From the human T2T-CHM13v2.0 reference genome, Homo sapiens, in assembly GCF_009914755.1 (NCBI RefSeq), contig NC_060925.1: 64,000 bases of DNA. One strand, written 5' to 3'. This document shows positions 1-16,900 of this stretch, piece by piece. The notes beneath the pieces are model-generated. The model saw nothing but the letters and a program-made list of their open reading frames with translations. It was not told where the DNA came from and made no database searches. Positions within the stretch are counted from its first letter, which is position 1; the number at the start of each line of letters is the position of its first letter. A program made the position numbers and the translations under genes.

Positions 1-152
1 AAGTCCGAGATCAAGGTGCCGACGTGGTAGGGTTATGGTGAGGACCTTTGGTCTGGTTGTAGACTGCCACCTTCTCATTGTATCCTCAGGGGGCAGAAAG
101 AGGGCGAGAGAGCTCCCCAGGGTCCCTTTTATAAGGGCATTAGTCCCATTCA
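1..152 (-). mobile_element. MaLR LTR fragment (MLT1-like), cut by window edge
   Basis: aagtccgagatcaaggtgcc...cttttataagggcattagtcccattca matches typical MLT1/MST LTR motifs. Confidence 0.6.
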
Positions 153-329
153 GACTAATGGGACTAAATCCAGACTCTGTGCTGAGTGTTGTGGATTTTT
201 TGCATGTTCATCCTCCCCGCAGGCAACTGGAGATGTATTGTCCCCAGAGGGTACAATAGAGAATCTTCCGTCACAAGTCAGCAACCAGCATATGTGAGTG
301 ACAGCATGTGTCCCACTCAGAAATGAGAG

Positions 330-681
330 TGTATTAGTCCGTTTTCATGCTGCTGACAAATACATAACAGAGTCCAGGACCAAAAAGAGGTTTAATTGGA
401 CTTACATTTCCATATGACTGGGGAGGCCTCAGAATCATGGCGGGAGGCAAAAGGCACTTCTTACAAGGCAGCAGCAAGAGAAAATGAGGAAGAAGCCAAA
501 GCAGAAACCCCTGAGAAACCCATCAGTTAGTGAGACTTACTCGATATCAGGAGAATAGCACAGGAAACACCCGCCCCCATGATTCAATTACCTCCTCCTA
601 AGTCCCTCCCACAACGCATGGGAATTCTGGGAGATACAATTCAAGTTGAGATTTGGGTGAGGGCACGGCCAAACTATATCA
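330..681 (-). mobile_element. THE1-family solo LTR (ERVL-MaLR, THE1C/D-like)
   Basis: Full-length tgtattagtccgttttcatgctgctg...ggccaaactatatca; near-identical 5-bp TSD gagag/gaaag. Confidence 0.9.
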
Positions 682-744
682 GAAAGGGATGAAGTGACAG
701 CATATCCTGATGTGTGTGATGGTTTCATGAGTTATTATCTATTT

Positions 745-1262
745 CAAAATTTATTGCAATGTGTGGAAAAGAACAAGGACTTGTACTATCTGACTTTAAG
801 GTTTACTATAAGCTATTAGACACAAGGCATCAGGAGTGACAAACGGATAAACAGCCTGAGTTAGAAGACCTGAAATTGATCCACAGCTATACGGTCAATA
901 AATGGGTTTTCAATAAAAGCAGTTCAATAAAAGAAAATAAGTCATTTCAATTAATGAACTTCTATATGGATGTGGGGAGACCAACAATGTTATTCTCCCT
1001 CACACTACACACAAAAGTAATTTCAGCCGCATTACTTAAAAGTTAAAGATATGAAGCATTTCAAGGATACTTTGTGACTTGTTGGCAGGCAAAGATTAGC
1101 CTACCAACAAGCAGGACACAGAAAAAATACATATATAAGAAAGACATGATAAATGAGACTTCATCAACATTAGCCACACCTTCTCATCAAAAGATACCAC
1201 TAAGAAAGCGAAAAGGCAAGCTAGCCACAGACAGAGAGAAAATACCCACAAAACGTATCTGA
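745..1262 (+). mobile_element. Old L1M ORF2 fragment
   Basis: Degenerate A-rich L1 ORF2 3' motifs (tactatctgactttaaggtttactataagcta; gccacagacagagagaaaatac). Confidence 0.55.
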
Positions 1263-1815
1263 CCTCCACACCCTGCAATTATAATTATAGTGGTCTGGTA
1301 CACTGCACCCAGTTTCTGCTGGATGGAGTATTTTCTGGGTGTCTCTAATGAGTAAGAGAGGGCCCCATGGGATATTCCTTCAGTTCCCAGATGAACAGTG
1401 GGAAAGACTCCACATTGACCAACCTCGGGGGCCTGAAAACCCAGGTCCTCAAGGAGGGTAGAGTATACCTGGACCCTGACCCAGACCCCTGGATGGGCTG
1501 TGCCAAGAGACCCAGCAAGGGAAGGGATTTCCTCCTGCCTCAGGTTCTCTGTTCTTCTGTGGTTAGACCACCTGAACCCAACTCCCTCCCCAAGCACTAG
1601 AGATGGGCTTTTCCAAGGGCTGGGGATCTTGCTGTCCTGAGGACAGCTGAGCAAGGGGGTCGAGGAGGAGCTTGGGTTGTGGAGGAGAGGAAACCGGGTA
1701 AGATGCGTGAAGCAGTTGGCTATACCAGGCACAGAGAGGACCCACTGGGACCCAAGAGCCTGCATGTGAAGCCAGGCCTTGGGCCACCTTGTCTGTCAAG
1801 GGGGTGCCTACTTCC

Positions 1816-2325
1816 ATGGTGTCTTCAAAGGGACTGTGGAAAGAGAGGCCTTCAGCCCACACCTCTGAATGCTTTTCCACCACAGCATGCCCTGTGGCCT
1901 TTATCCTGCTGGTGTGGAACAGTCAGACCCCTGCAGGGCTGCAGAGCCTCTGTACTGGGCGGCATCCCAGCCTGAGTGCCAGAGCTCAGAGGGCAGGCCC
2001 CCGAGCAAGCAGAGAGGAGGGCACCTTTTGGACAGAACGTGTGGGACAAGAGCGATGGCTCATCCGTTCAGGTTCCTCACAAAATGAGAGTCAGGAAGAT
2101 CAGGGCGCCGGCCTGATTTCCCAGGCAGGGCTGAAAGCAGACAACCGGAGGGAGAGCAGCACCTGGGCCAATGAGGTAGAAGACAGAAGACCACAGTGTA
2201 CTCCTGCCCTCAACCTCACCCCCTCCCACCCACATCCTCCACACTCCCTGACCACCTTCCTCAGAAGTGTAATAGGAATCCAGATTCCCCCTGGCCTGGT
2301 TGCTGCAGGAGGCACAGTAGCCTGA
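1816..2325 (+). CDS. FAM231: FAM231-family single-exon ORF, 169 aa (coding status doubtful; paralog not resolvable)
   Basis: ATG at 1816 inside track ORF 1789..2325; translation MVSSKGLWKERPSAHTSECFSTTACPVAFILLVWNSQ...GLVAAGGTVA recognised as FAM231; sits ~6.5 kb from a tRNA-Gly, as expected for this duplicon. Confidence 0.75.
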   Translation: MVSSKGLWKERPSAHTSECFSTTACPVAFILLVWNSQTPAGLQSLCTGRHPSLSARAQRAGPRASREEGTFWTERVGQERWLIRSGSSQNESQEDQGAGLISQAGLKADNRRESSTWANEVEDRRPQCTPALNLTPSHPHPPHSLTTFLRSVIGIQIPPGLVAAGGTVA

Positions 2326-2455
2326 TGGAGCCTGAGGCAGGTGTGGGAAGATGTGGATTGTCTAACTGGAGGTTGGGAGTCCAGGGTGTAGAAGCAGCTT
2401 GGAGTGCAGGATTTGGTGGTACGTGTGTGGCAGTAGGCAAAAGAAAGAGACAACT

Positions 2456-2822
<367 letters not shown>

Positions 2823-3260
2823 CTATGCGTGCAGGCACTCACCAGATCCACAAAACAGCTGCTGCATAACTGCATGTTGCAAGCAAGCCCTAAATTGCTG
2901 ATTTTGAAACAGCCTGATGGGTTCACAAAGACAATTTCTGAATAGTCTTAAGAGCAGAGGTGCACTAAAGCCACTGTGCCCTGCAGGCCCGGATCCCAGT
3001 AAGTTCTTCAAGGAGTAAGTCTTACTTCCATTTATGGAAGATTTTTGGAGTTGTCCTTGGTCACCCCCAGGAATGTTTTGGTTAGTAGTAGAATTTTAGA
3101 TGTCATCAATTTAAAAATTAAAACTAAAACGCTGGAACTCATAGAGAGATAAAATTAAGAGAATACATTCACTATCCTGAGTAGAAAGATTTCTTATAGA
3201 ACATAACAGGCTTTAAAAATACAGAAAAAATATGGCAAAATTTCATCAAATTAAATGCTT

Positions 3261-6092
<2,832 letters not shown>

Positions 6093-6320
6093 CGTCAAAA
6101 CAAGACTCAATTCTTGAATATATAAGAGAACTTTTGTAAGTCAGTAATATAGAGCTAAGCCAAATAAAATAGGGCAAAATATTCGAATAGGCCTTTGCAA
6201 AGGAGAGTTTCTTATATGCTGGAAGCCATAAGAAAATACGCTTCATAGGATTGCTCATTAGGCAAATACAAATTAATTCCACACTGAGATAGCACTAACC
6301 ACTCACCAGTGTATGGCTAC

Positions 6321-6506
6321 TTTTTTTTTTTTTTCTGAGACAGGGTCTCATTCTGTCACCCAAGCTGGAGTGCAATGGTGCGATCTTGACTCACTGCAAC
6401 ATCCCCCTCCGGAGTAGCTGGGACTACAGGTGCATGCCACCATGCCCTGCTAATTTTTGTATTTTGAGTAGAGACAGGGCTTTGCCATGTTGGCCAGCCT
6501 GGTCTG
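6321..6506 (-). mobile_element. Truncated, internally deleted Alu
   Basis: polyT then gagacagggtctcattctgtcacccaagctggagtgca...ttggccagcctggtct. Confidence 0.85.
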
Positions 6507-6509
6507 AGA

Positions 6510-7050
6510 GCATAGCTACATTTAACAAAGTTAGTACACCAAATGCTGACAAGAATTTGGTGCCACTTCAACTGTCATCGCTGGCGAAAAAACATTCTAG
6601 AAGACTGGCAATTTATACTGATGTTAAACTTATACTCAGGTCATGACCCAGCAATTGAAGGACTTCCATGAATCTCAAGTGCACACAAAGACTGTTATAA
6701 GAATATTCAGCACAAGAAATCAATAACCCCAAAATTGAGAAGTGATCTATGAAACTACATGGATATATCTCATGAGTATAATGAATGTAACTGGAGAAAA
6801 AAGGCCAGACACAAAACATATGTACATTCATTCATGTGAACTTTAAGAACAGGCAATTGTAACCTGTGGGAATAGACATCAGAATAGTGATAACTAAGAG
6901 GACACAGGGTGGGAATCACCTGGACAGGGGCTCTAACAGGCCTTTCTCAGATGATGGCAATTTTCTATAACTTGAGCTGGGTGGTGATAACATTGATCAA
7001 AACTAAACAAATTGCACTAAAGATTTGTGCACTTTATGTGAACTGTAGCT
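6510..7050 (+). mobile_element. Old L1M 3' end fragment
   Basis: Degenerate L1M 3'UTR motifs (catgacccagcaatt, gtgcactttatgtg). Confidence 0.55.
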
Positions 7051-7066
7051 TCTTTACTGTTCTCAT

Positions 7067-7175
7067 TGCTTGAACCTCGGAGACAGAGGTTGCAGTGAGC
7101 CGAGATTGAGCCATGACACTCCAGCCTGGGTGACAGAACAAGACTACATCTCAAAAATAATGATAATAGTAATAA
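7067..7175 (+). mobile_element. Severely 5'-truncated Alu (part of right arm only)
   Basis: tgcttgaacctcggagacagaggttgcagtgag... with A-rich tail; perfect 14-bp TSD tttactgttctcat at 7053-7066 and 7176-7189. Confidence 0.9.
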
Positions 7176-7613
7176 TTTACTGTTCTCATAAAAATTAGCA
7201 GATGGGGAATGGAGGCAAGCCTGTGCAGACCATGACAACTAGTTTAGATTTTATTGTCAACTCATTAAAAACTCGTTCTCGTTTTGTGTTTTTAAAAAAT
7301 TCCACGGATACAGCCGTTTTCTCTACCGAAAAAGACTATAACCACATTATTTCACCAGTGGAAGCTACAGACAAAGGGCCCTTGAGAGGCGGCATCTTCA
7401 CCTACGGGAATTTTTCCTGCTCAACTGTGAGACAAAGAGCATGTCCAAGTTTTCCTATCGGCCAGGCCGCCCCCTAGTTTCTGCGCTGTGGGCTAAACTC
7501 CAGAAGCTGGCGCCCTTCGGGGCCAGAGGTTTACTCTGCTCTCTGGAGGCTGCTAGGATTAAAGGCAAAGCAAACGACAGGTCTATTAGCCACAATCGCA
7601 GGATAGAAAACAC

Positions 7614-7685
7614 TACTGTGACTCAGATTAGAACCCAGGTTGTGGCAACCACAACTACAAGTATTAACCACTACACGACCACAAA
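7614..7685 (-). pseudogene. tRNA-His(GTG) pseudogene
   Basis: Revcomp TTTGTGGTCGTGTAGTGGTTAATACTTGTAGTTGTGGTTGCCACAACCTGGGTTCTAATCTGAGTCACAGTA aligns to His-GTG with many substitutions, a broken acceptor stem and B-box GTTCTAA. Confidence 0.85.
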
Positions 7686-7912
7686 GCCTGCTGACAAGCA
7701 TTGCACTTCTTCTATTTTTTGAATGTAAAAACACTCACACTACTTTATCTGCTTTATTCTTGGACGCCGCCGATTTTCGTGCTTTTCTCTCTTTCATGCG
7801 CTTCTCCGTTTCTCTCCCCATTCTGCTACATAATTTTAAAAAAATCTCATCTCCCAGGATCCACCCACTGCCTCTACAACAAGCCTCCTGGGAGGTCTCT
7901 TTGTCCCATTGA

Positions 7913-8281
<369 letters not shown>

Positions 8282-8846
8282 TGACGATGTGAGCAAATTC
8301 GGTTCACGGTGTCTGGGGTACAGCCCTGAGGGTCCACTGGCCACCTCTGCGCAAGGACCAGTCCCCGCCGCTCCCCTCATCTCCACGCAGATTCTTCCCC
8401 ACACACCTTCCCTTTCTTTGGGCCGCTGAAGCCTCTTGGACCTCTGACGTGACTGTCCTGCCCGCAGCTTCTCTCCTTCCAAGAGCGTCATTTCTTGATC
8501 CTCTCTACAGTGGCTCAGCAGTAAGCCCAAGGTCCAGCACGCGAATCAGGAACCTGATGATTCTTCGGGTTTGCAGGGATCCGCCCCGTGAATAGATGAA
8601 AGTAACAGGTACCAATATCAAAACTGCAGTGACTCACCGGAAACACTTCGTGCTTGCCACTTTGCTAAGCTGTTTGAGTCCAACAATTGCATGGGTCCTG
8701 GGTTAGTGTCCTGAATGTCTCTTGCCGCTACTCTCGTGAGTAATGTTGTCACTTTACCTTGTGGTGGCCAAGCCCCTAAATGCACTATTAGGTTATGCAG
8801 TATAATTTTGCAGCGTAAAAGACGGGTAAAGGGCCATAATGAAGTG

Positions 8847-8851
8847 AAAAA
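8847..8851 (-). terminator. Pol III oligo-T terminator for tRNA-Gly
   Basis: aaaaa on + strand = T5, 8 nt downstream of the tRNA 3' end. Confidence 0.7.
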
Positions 8852-8859
8852 GTCCCTGC

Positions 8860-8930
8860 TGCATTGGCCGGGAATTGAACCCGGGACTCCGGCCTGGGAG
8901 GCGAGAATGCTACCACCGAACCACCAATGC
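8860..8930 (-). tRNA. tRNA-Gly(CCC), variant copy with stem mismatches (may be non-functional)
   Basis: Revcomp GCATTGGTGGTTCGGTGGTAGCATTCTCGCCTCCCAGGCCGGAGTCCCGGGTTCAATTCCCGGCCAATGCA; intact acceptor stem, T arm and B-box; anticodon CCC. Confidence 0.9.
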
Positions 8931-10577
8931 CTCCCCGTAAGCCACGGCCTGGAGGATATGAGAAAAGAGTATCCACAAAGACTTAGAAACTTCCAACCGC
9001 CTTTTTCAAGTGTCGACTAAAAGCTAACAAAGACATCCAAACCAAATGTTTTTATAGGAAACTTTTACTAGACAAAGTTATAAATATCAAAATAGCTCAT
9101 TTGGTGGATCAAACTCTTAACTCTGAAAAAGGTCTTTCTACCTGCATTATAAACCCCTATAATAAAACATCAGAAATTCATTCATGTTTCTTTTTTCTAA
9201 TCTTAAATCTTCCATTGTCAATCTCAAACTGCTGCCTTAGAGGTTCTGAGAAGGTAACCTAACTGGTAGTTTAGGTAAATAAAGTTCAAATCCAGGGAGG
9301 AAATAAGAAGCAGAAGCAGAATTAGAAGAAAGATGAAATAAAAGGACAGAATCAATGTACAGATAATGAAGAAACAAAGGTTGGTCCACTAAGTTAGTCT
9401 TTTGTCGCTGGTTTTTTTGGCAAAAGAGTAATGATCGGTCTCGTAATCATTATAATACTATTATTTGTCTGCTTGAAGATGTATAAAGCATTTGAAGGAA
9501 ATGTGATGTGAAAAGATTAAGAACCCTTGCCGTCAATGTTTCCTTGTTTGGGAGAATCCCATTTCCTAAGTTAATATGCTTTGATGTGTTAGCTATGAAA
9601 GGAGTAGACTAGTTTAAGGAAATATTGACGGTCAAAATATTAACATATTAGTCTTTTGATGAAGTTCAAATAGTAGAGAGATTTCTTTCCTCAATTTTCA
9701 ACGGAGACATTCAACTGAAGAGACAAATCCAGAGTTTTCCCCACTTGTTGGGTCTGGGAGTCATTATGACTTTTTCAAAGACAGGAGCTGTGACATGGAA
9801 TCATGCTTCTTCTCTAGCTGAGAAGCCAAGCTAGGTCCAGGCTGCGTCATAAACTTGAGCCCACCAAGGAAATCACCCTTCACATTGACCTCGCAGAGCT
9901 TTGGCTGTTCTCTGTTCTTTGCCCAACACCCAAGACACACACCAGCTCTGGCCAACAAACCTTAACATATGATCTATATCCACCAGAGCTATATTTATTC
10001 CCAAATCTCCTTCTAAAATACAAACCTGTACTTTCTACTCTCAACTTCTAAATTTACAAAGGCCTCATATGTATCTCAGAGTCACAGATGCTAAAACTTA
10101 ACCGGTTTTCTGAGGATTATTTGGGGAAGGGGTATGCATTCAAAATCTTTTGTATGTAGATAATTCGTGTGGTTTCAGATTATTGACTCTACGAGTTCCA
10201 GATGCAGATTTAGAACCTTTTAAAAAAATATTTTGTTTTTGTCTCGCAAATCAGCCAGATCTGCAACTTATCAGAGTGAAGCGAAGCCAAGCGGGACACT
10301 TAGGAAATGCGCTAAGATGTCATCCACTTTCAGTGTCAGCCTGTGAAAATTCAGGCGACAGAAGAGAATGAAGAGAATCTTAAGGAATTTCTGGAAGCAA
10401 AGCTAATATTAAGCAGGCCTCTTGCTGGCAGACCAGTGGAAACTGTAGCCTGGTCAACAATCTGTCTAGATTGAGGAGGTCTAAAGTGTAGCCACAGGTT
10501 CAACTACTTTTCTGTTTGTTTCCCAACCTCGATTAAACTCACTAAATTTAGGGACAAGAAGAAAAACCAAAAAACCA

Positions 10578-10650
10578 TGTTTCCCTCCAGTCTCGAGCCA
10601 AGGGTCTTTCACATGTGAGGCAAACATGATAACCACTATACTACAGAAAC
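10578..10650 (-). pseudogene. tRNA-Val(CAC) pseudogene
   Basis: Revcomp GTTTCTGTAGTATAGTGGTTATCATGTTTGCCTCACATGTGAAAGACCCTTGGCTCGAGACTGGAGGGAAACA; CpG>TpG decay, B-box GGTTCGAAAC>GGCTCGAGAC. Confidence 0.88.
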
Positions 10651-12127
10651 TGCACATACACTGGAAAAGGCAAAACATAATCATGAAAATCTGAGGTCAG
10701 CCATTTCTATTATCGTTTCCAAAGTAAGAAATCCAACTGCATTTTGAAATTCGACTGAAAAAAGCCCAATAAGCACCAGCCATCAAGAAGACTATGGCTC
10801 CCAATAGGCCCAGGCTTAGCGTTCTGCACCTACCCCCAACACGAAGACCACGGGGACCCACACCCGGGCTTCGGGATCCCGCATCCTCCCCCGGGTATCC
10901 AGTTCCAGAACTAAGCGCCGTGTGCGGGATCCTTCCGGCTGACACTCTTGGCTCCCAGAAGCTGCAGAAGCCGGCGGGATGGGGCACATGTCAGAGCTCT
11001 CTTTGGAGGGTCCAGCGGTGGGGTACCAAGGTGGAGCTCCAGTTACAGCATGTACTTCCCCAGGCACAGGGCACCGTCCTCAACAGCTGGCATCATTGCA
11101 CCTGCAGCATCTGCCCCTTCCCAGAGCCTCTCTCTTACGCTTTTCACATCACTGGAGAAGCAGCTTGCAGGACCACACCGTATTTCACTCTTACGGTGCA
11201 AAGCCAGAAGGTGCCCAAAGGAGAAGCACCTACTCCCGTGGTAAGAAGGTGGGCACAGGTGCAGCTGCGACTCACCAAGAGCCAGGCTGCCAGCCACACA
11301 GCCAGGGACACCGCAATGGGGGAAGGGGCAGCAAGGATGTGTCAAAGATATTCCTTTCCAAATGACTTTGGTTGAAAGAAATGCTTCCGGTTCGTAACCT
11401 GGCCTCACATTTTATAGCTAAATACGAGCCGGGTGCGTTGATGGAGCCATTTTTGACATATTTCAATTGCACTGATTGCCTGACATCATTCAAGTCACCC
11501 ACGTTTCCCCAGCACAGGCCACACACTCGGGTAGATTCAGTTATTTTCACAAGGACAGCCTCCCCAGCCCTGCAGAAGTCATTGTCTTTTTCTGGGCAGC
11601 CCCTGTGGATGGATTCAGCTGCAGTGACCAGCACACATGGTGGTTAATGGGAGTTCTAAGAGGGAGAGGCCAGTGAAGGTCGGGGCTCATATGGGAAACC
11701 AAGTCATTTCCCACCAGGAACGTTTGGCACAGTGACCCCTCACCCAGGCAGCTGATATGATGGCTAAAGGGAACAACAAGTGACCACACCCACTCTTGAG
11801 AGCAACTGCAAATTGCATGTGGCCACGAGGGTCTCTGTAATCTGTTTCTGTTTGCTAAATGCCTCTCTACCGGGGGCAGTTAAGACACTCGGAGAGTGGA
11901 CAAACTTGGAGGATGTTGCTCAGTTCCAGAAAAGGAAAAAAACATATTACACGTACATTGGAGGTAAATCAGCCTGACTGGTTCTCGAGAACTCGACGAT
12001 CTCAAATGTCCACAAATAATTGTGCAAAGTGGAGACCAACAGGCAGAGAATCCAAGTAGATAGTGACAATAGTAAACACTGTGCTAGGCACTATTTTAAG
12101 AGCTTTTGTATATTTTAAGAGCTGTTT

Positions 12128-12428
12128 GGCTGGGCACAGTGGCTCATGCCTATAATCCCCATACTTTGGAGGCTGAGGTGGGAGGAGTGCTTGAGGCCAG
12201 AAGTTCAAAACTAGCCTGGGAAACAGAGCAAGACCCCATCTATATAAAAACATGTTTTAAAAATAGCCAGGTATGGTGGCATGCACCTGTACTCCTAGCT
12301 ACTCAGGAGGCTGAAATAGGAAGATTCCTTGAGCCCAGGAGGTCAAGGCTGCAGTGAGCTAGCATCTTGCCACTGCACTCCAGCCTGGATGACAGACTGA
12401 GACCCTGTCTCTAAAAACAAACAAACAA
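12128..12428 (+). mobile_element. AluJ inserted into a MIR
   Basis: ggctgggcacagtggctcatgcc...ttgagcccaggaggtcaaggctgcagtgagct (J diagnostics); (CAAA)n tail. Confidence 0.9.
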
Positions 12429-12429
12429 G

Positions 12430-12660
12430 AGCTTTATGTATATTAAATGTTTACATGTAATCCTTATTATATAAGGTAAGTACTATTATCCCCGTTTATG
12501 GGGCAAGTACTAGTATTATCCCCATTTCACTGATGAGGAAATCAAGGCAAGTGAAGTCACATCCCCAAGGTGTGACAGAGCTGGTAAGTGACACAGCTGG
12601 GATTTGAACACTCGCTGTCTGGCTTCTGACAAGGATCTGTGTGCTTAACCTTGATGCTAA
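12430..12660 (-). mobile_element. MIR
   Basis: ccccatttcactgatgaggaaatcaaggc...ccaaggtgtgacagagctggtaagtgacacagctgggatttgaac. Confidence 0.8.
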
Positions 12661-14110
12661 GTTGAATAAATACGGCACATCTTGCCAAGCAAAGAAAAGA
12701 ATCTAAAGATGTTCAAACTCTCCCTTCAGCAGAGGGCAAAGGGTGGAAAGTAAGCAGCTAGCACCAGGTGAACGAGAGGAGGCAGGTTGATAAGCCAGCT
12801 TCCTTCCCAGGAAACCCCTTCTGTCTTAGAGGACCCTGTAAAACCTTCTTACTTCACCAAAATGAATCTCACAACTGTTGGAAAAACAGAGCCACCCTAT
12901 CCTGTTCCCCCAAACACTGTCCCCAAGTCTATTATGCAAGCGCCTATTACAGCGAGTTGTGGATGTCTCTTTTGTGGTCATGGTTTTTAACTGCAAATGA
13001 AAGAAGAAACCCAAGTCAGGAAGCGTGCATCTTACCAATCCCACATTTGGGGGTGCAGGAGACCCCGAAATGTGGGCTGTCTTTGGAAAGAGTAGAACAC
13101 TCCGCGTGGGGCTGGCGGGCTGCTGCTGGGAAGGATGAGGTATGGTAAGGGCTGAGACAACCCCAAGATAATCTGGGGGAAAATCCTGGCAGGGGAAGGA
13201 AGGGAAGTGAGCCATTAGGGGTGACCCTGGCTCCGGAAGTTGAATCTCTCTCTGAAGAAGGACAGAGTGGCCACACGCGGTTCCTGGGATCCAGCCTCTA
13301 ACCCTCGGAACAATTGTGAGAAAATGCCCAGGGGCAGTTCCCTGTGCTCTCAGAGGCCCTCTTCCAGCACAAGGCAAGCGCCACAGCCAATCATCCTTCA
13401 GCAGGTGATATTTTGTCCCAGGCCTGACTAGGTGAGCCAGTCGTTCCTCACAAAACACGCTGAGAGCATCCCCTGGAATTCCCATGGGCTCCCTGGCCTC
13501 TCACACCCTGCTGTGTGTCTTGACTTGAGATGGCGGGCACCTCAAAGACAGGGCACACAGGGAAGCATCCGGGTCCCTGGGGACTCCAACAATGCTTCGA
13601 GCTGATACCAGGGAAGGAGAGGGTCAGCCTTGGGGCCGGTGGGGGGGTGCGGGGGCAGAGAGCAGGTGCCTTCGTTGGATTCTCAGTCTGCAATTTGCAG
13701 ACTGAGACCATGAGCACAGCCCCTTCCTCAGAGAAATGATCATAAGACCTACCCCACTGAATGTGGCAGCTGTAACGGGAGACATTTGTACATTTATTCA
13801 CCGAATCCTTGAGAACTCACTGTACGTTGAGCCCTGGAAGTGCAAGTGTTTTGAAGTCAGAAGAGCAGCACATTGGCTGGAGGAAAGAGGTGGTCTTATC
13901 TTAAGAAGCAGAGCTCTGGCGGGTAGACAGGGGAGAGGCCAGGAGGTCCTGCCATCCTCCAGGAACATGTGCCCAGGCAGCAAGAAGCGCAGGAACTGAG
14001 GGCCTCCCACATCACTGGGGCACCAGGTAGCTTCTGCCTACAGGGACCACTGCTTGTTGCGCCTTCAGGTAACTTCTCTGCTGTCAGCCCCTGAGATCCC
14101 AGATTGCGCT

Positions 14111-14976
<866 letters not shown>

Positions 14977-16694
14977 GCATTCTGTCCCTCAGAGCACCCC
15001 CTGAACCTGCCTCAGTAAGACCAGCATGTGGAAAGGGGAGAAATCTAGTACACAGCCTCATTCAGTGCCTGTCCCTCCAGCCTGAGCCACCAGCCCCGGA
15101 GAGGCCCGGGCCACCAGGGGATGCATACCTGAGAGCTGCCTCCGGGGCGGCATCCATGTTCCCTATACCCCTGAGATGGCTCACCAGGGAGCCCATGGCT
15201 GAAATCTGAAGACAATCAGGTCTGAAGACTTCCTGCTTTCCCAGAACACCACCAAGAGATGGCCACGTCCTCAGGTTCTGCATCAGACTGAAGGAAGCTC
15301 AAGGATGTTGGTGATTCCAGTGCTGGCAGAGATCATGGCTTGCTCCAGGCGTCTCTCCCCACTTCACAGTGGCCAGCGAGACACCTTGCATGTGGCTCAC
15401 CAGAAGAAGCCACGTTTTCTCTAGAGGCGACATACACATCTGGAACGCGTCTCCCTCCCAAGGAATTTGTGGTGCCTTCACAGGAGGGTGTGTGGCTGCC
15501 AAAGGGCATCAGACTGGACTCTGAAGCACCCTGCTGTCCTCAGGCCAAGACCACTTTCCAGCACAATGAAGCTAGAACTAGGCTCTGAAAATGTCACATC
15601 AACCCTTTGCATGAATTGGAAGACTGAGCCCCTCGTCTTCACAACTCACTGGCTCTATGACTTTGGAAGAAGCTCTGAACCTCTTGGTGTCTCCAATTCA
15701 TCATCCATAAAAGGAGTATCATAACACTGTACTTGCAGGGATCAAACAGAGTCCCAGGCATGAAAATACTGTGAAGTACAAGAGCTATGAATGTCAATTG
15801 CTAATAGTTGTATGTGAACCACCTTGAGGGAAGGAGGAGAGAAGGTGAAGGGTGCTTTCACCTATTTACAATCCTGAATTCCTGGACTCTGAGCTGGTGT
15901 TCGTATTTTCCAGCTAGCCCAAGATGACATGTTCACTTATGACCATTTGGTCTCTAAAAATGAACTCCCATCTGGAATCCAAGACCGTGGCTGGCCTGAA
16001 CTCTGGACCCACATCACACTTCCAAGAAGGAAGCTAGAGTGGCCCCTAGGGAACAGCCTGTGTCAGGACAGTCACTTTAAACACCCCTGCTCTCTACATT
16101 TAGAGCCTGGAAAAACTTAGTCGAAACCTAAAATGAACTGAACCTTGGCCCGTGGATGTTTCCAAGTAAATTGAAACCCTCATCCACACCATTAGCCCAG
16201 TGCTTCTGCAACCTAGTGATGCTTACCCACTGTGACTCCTCGCGTCAGTATACCCCGGGATGTGTGGAGGCGTTTAAAGGGCTGATGACTTAGAGCTGGT
16301 GGTGACATTTTGGAACCTATGGTGCCAGCCACCATTAGGGAAATCCTACACTGATTCATTGGCTCTTCTAGGTAAGGGTTTCAAGAAGCAAGGTCTTCTT
16401 GGTAGGAATCTAAGAGAAGAGGCATCCTGGTTGTGTTGGAAAGAACATGGTCTTTGGAGCCAGACAAATCTTGATTTAGTACGGACTCCAGAATGTCTGT
16501 GTAGACAGGATTTGGGGCAGCAATAATCTCAATGAAAGGGAGATGACAGGGAAGCACATATTGAAGCTACATTTTTGCCTCCTGTAGGCTCTTCCGACTT
16601 AGATTGTGTGTTTATTTGGGATAATTGTGGAGAAGGGGGCTGCTACAGATGATGGTTACAACGAAAGCCTCCCAAACCACCCCTTGATAATGAC

Positions 16695-16900
16695 ACTGTC
16701 TGGATTCAAATCAGCATCTACCACTTACCGTCTATGTGACCTTGGGCGAGTAACTTAGCATCTCCGAGCTACTGTTTTCTTATTTGTAAACTGAGAAGAA
16801 TAATTCCACTCTGGCAGGGCTTTTGTGGGGGATTACATTGGATAACATATGGGAAAGGGCTTAGCACAATGCAGGCATATAATAGGCTCTCAACATATGG
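16695..16900 (+). mobile_element. MIR
   Basis: Core tgtgaccttgggcgagtaacttagcatctccgagc...tttgtaaactgag...gcttagcacaatg. Confidence 0.8.

Noticed and set aside
10794-11375. 193-aa ATG ORF near tRNA-Val
   Set aside because: No recognisable domain; GC-rich and probably spans a block junction; no splice or polyA support seen
12826-13485. 219-aa minus-strand ORF (likewise 50545-51207 and 43277-43912)
   Set aside because: Low-information composition with no homology I recognise; the 43-kb one lies mostly in an MLT1C LTR
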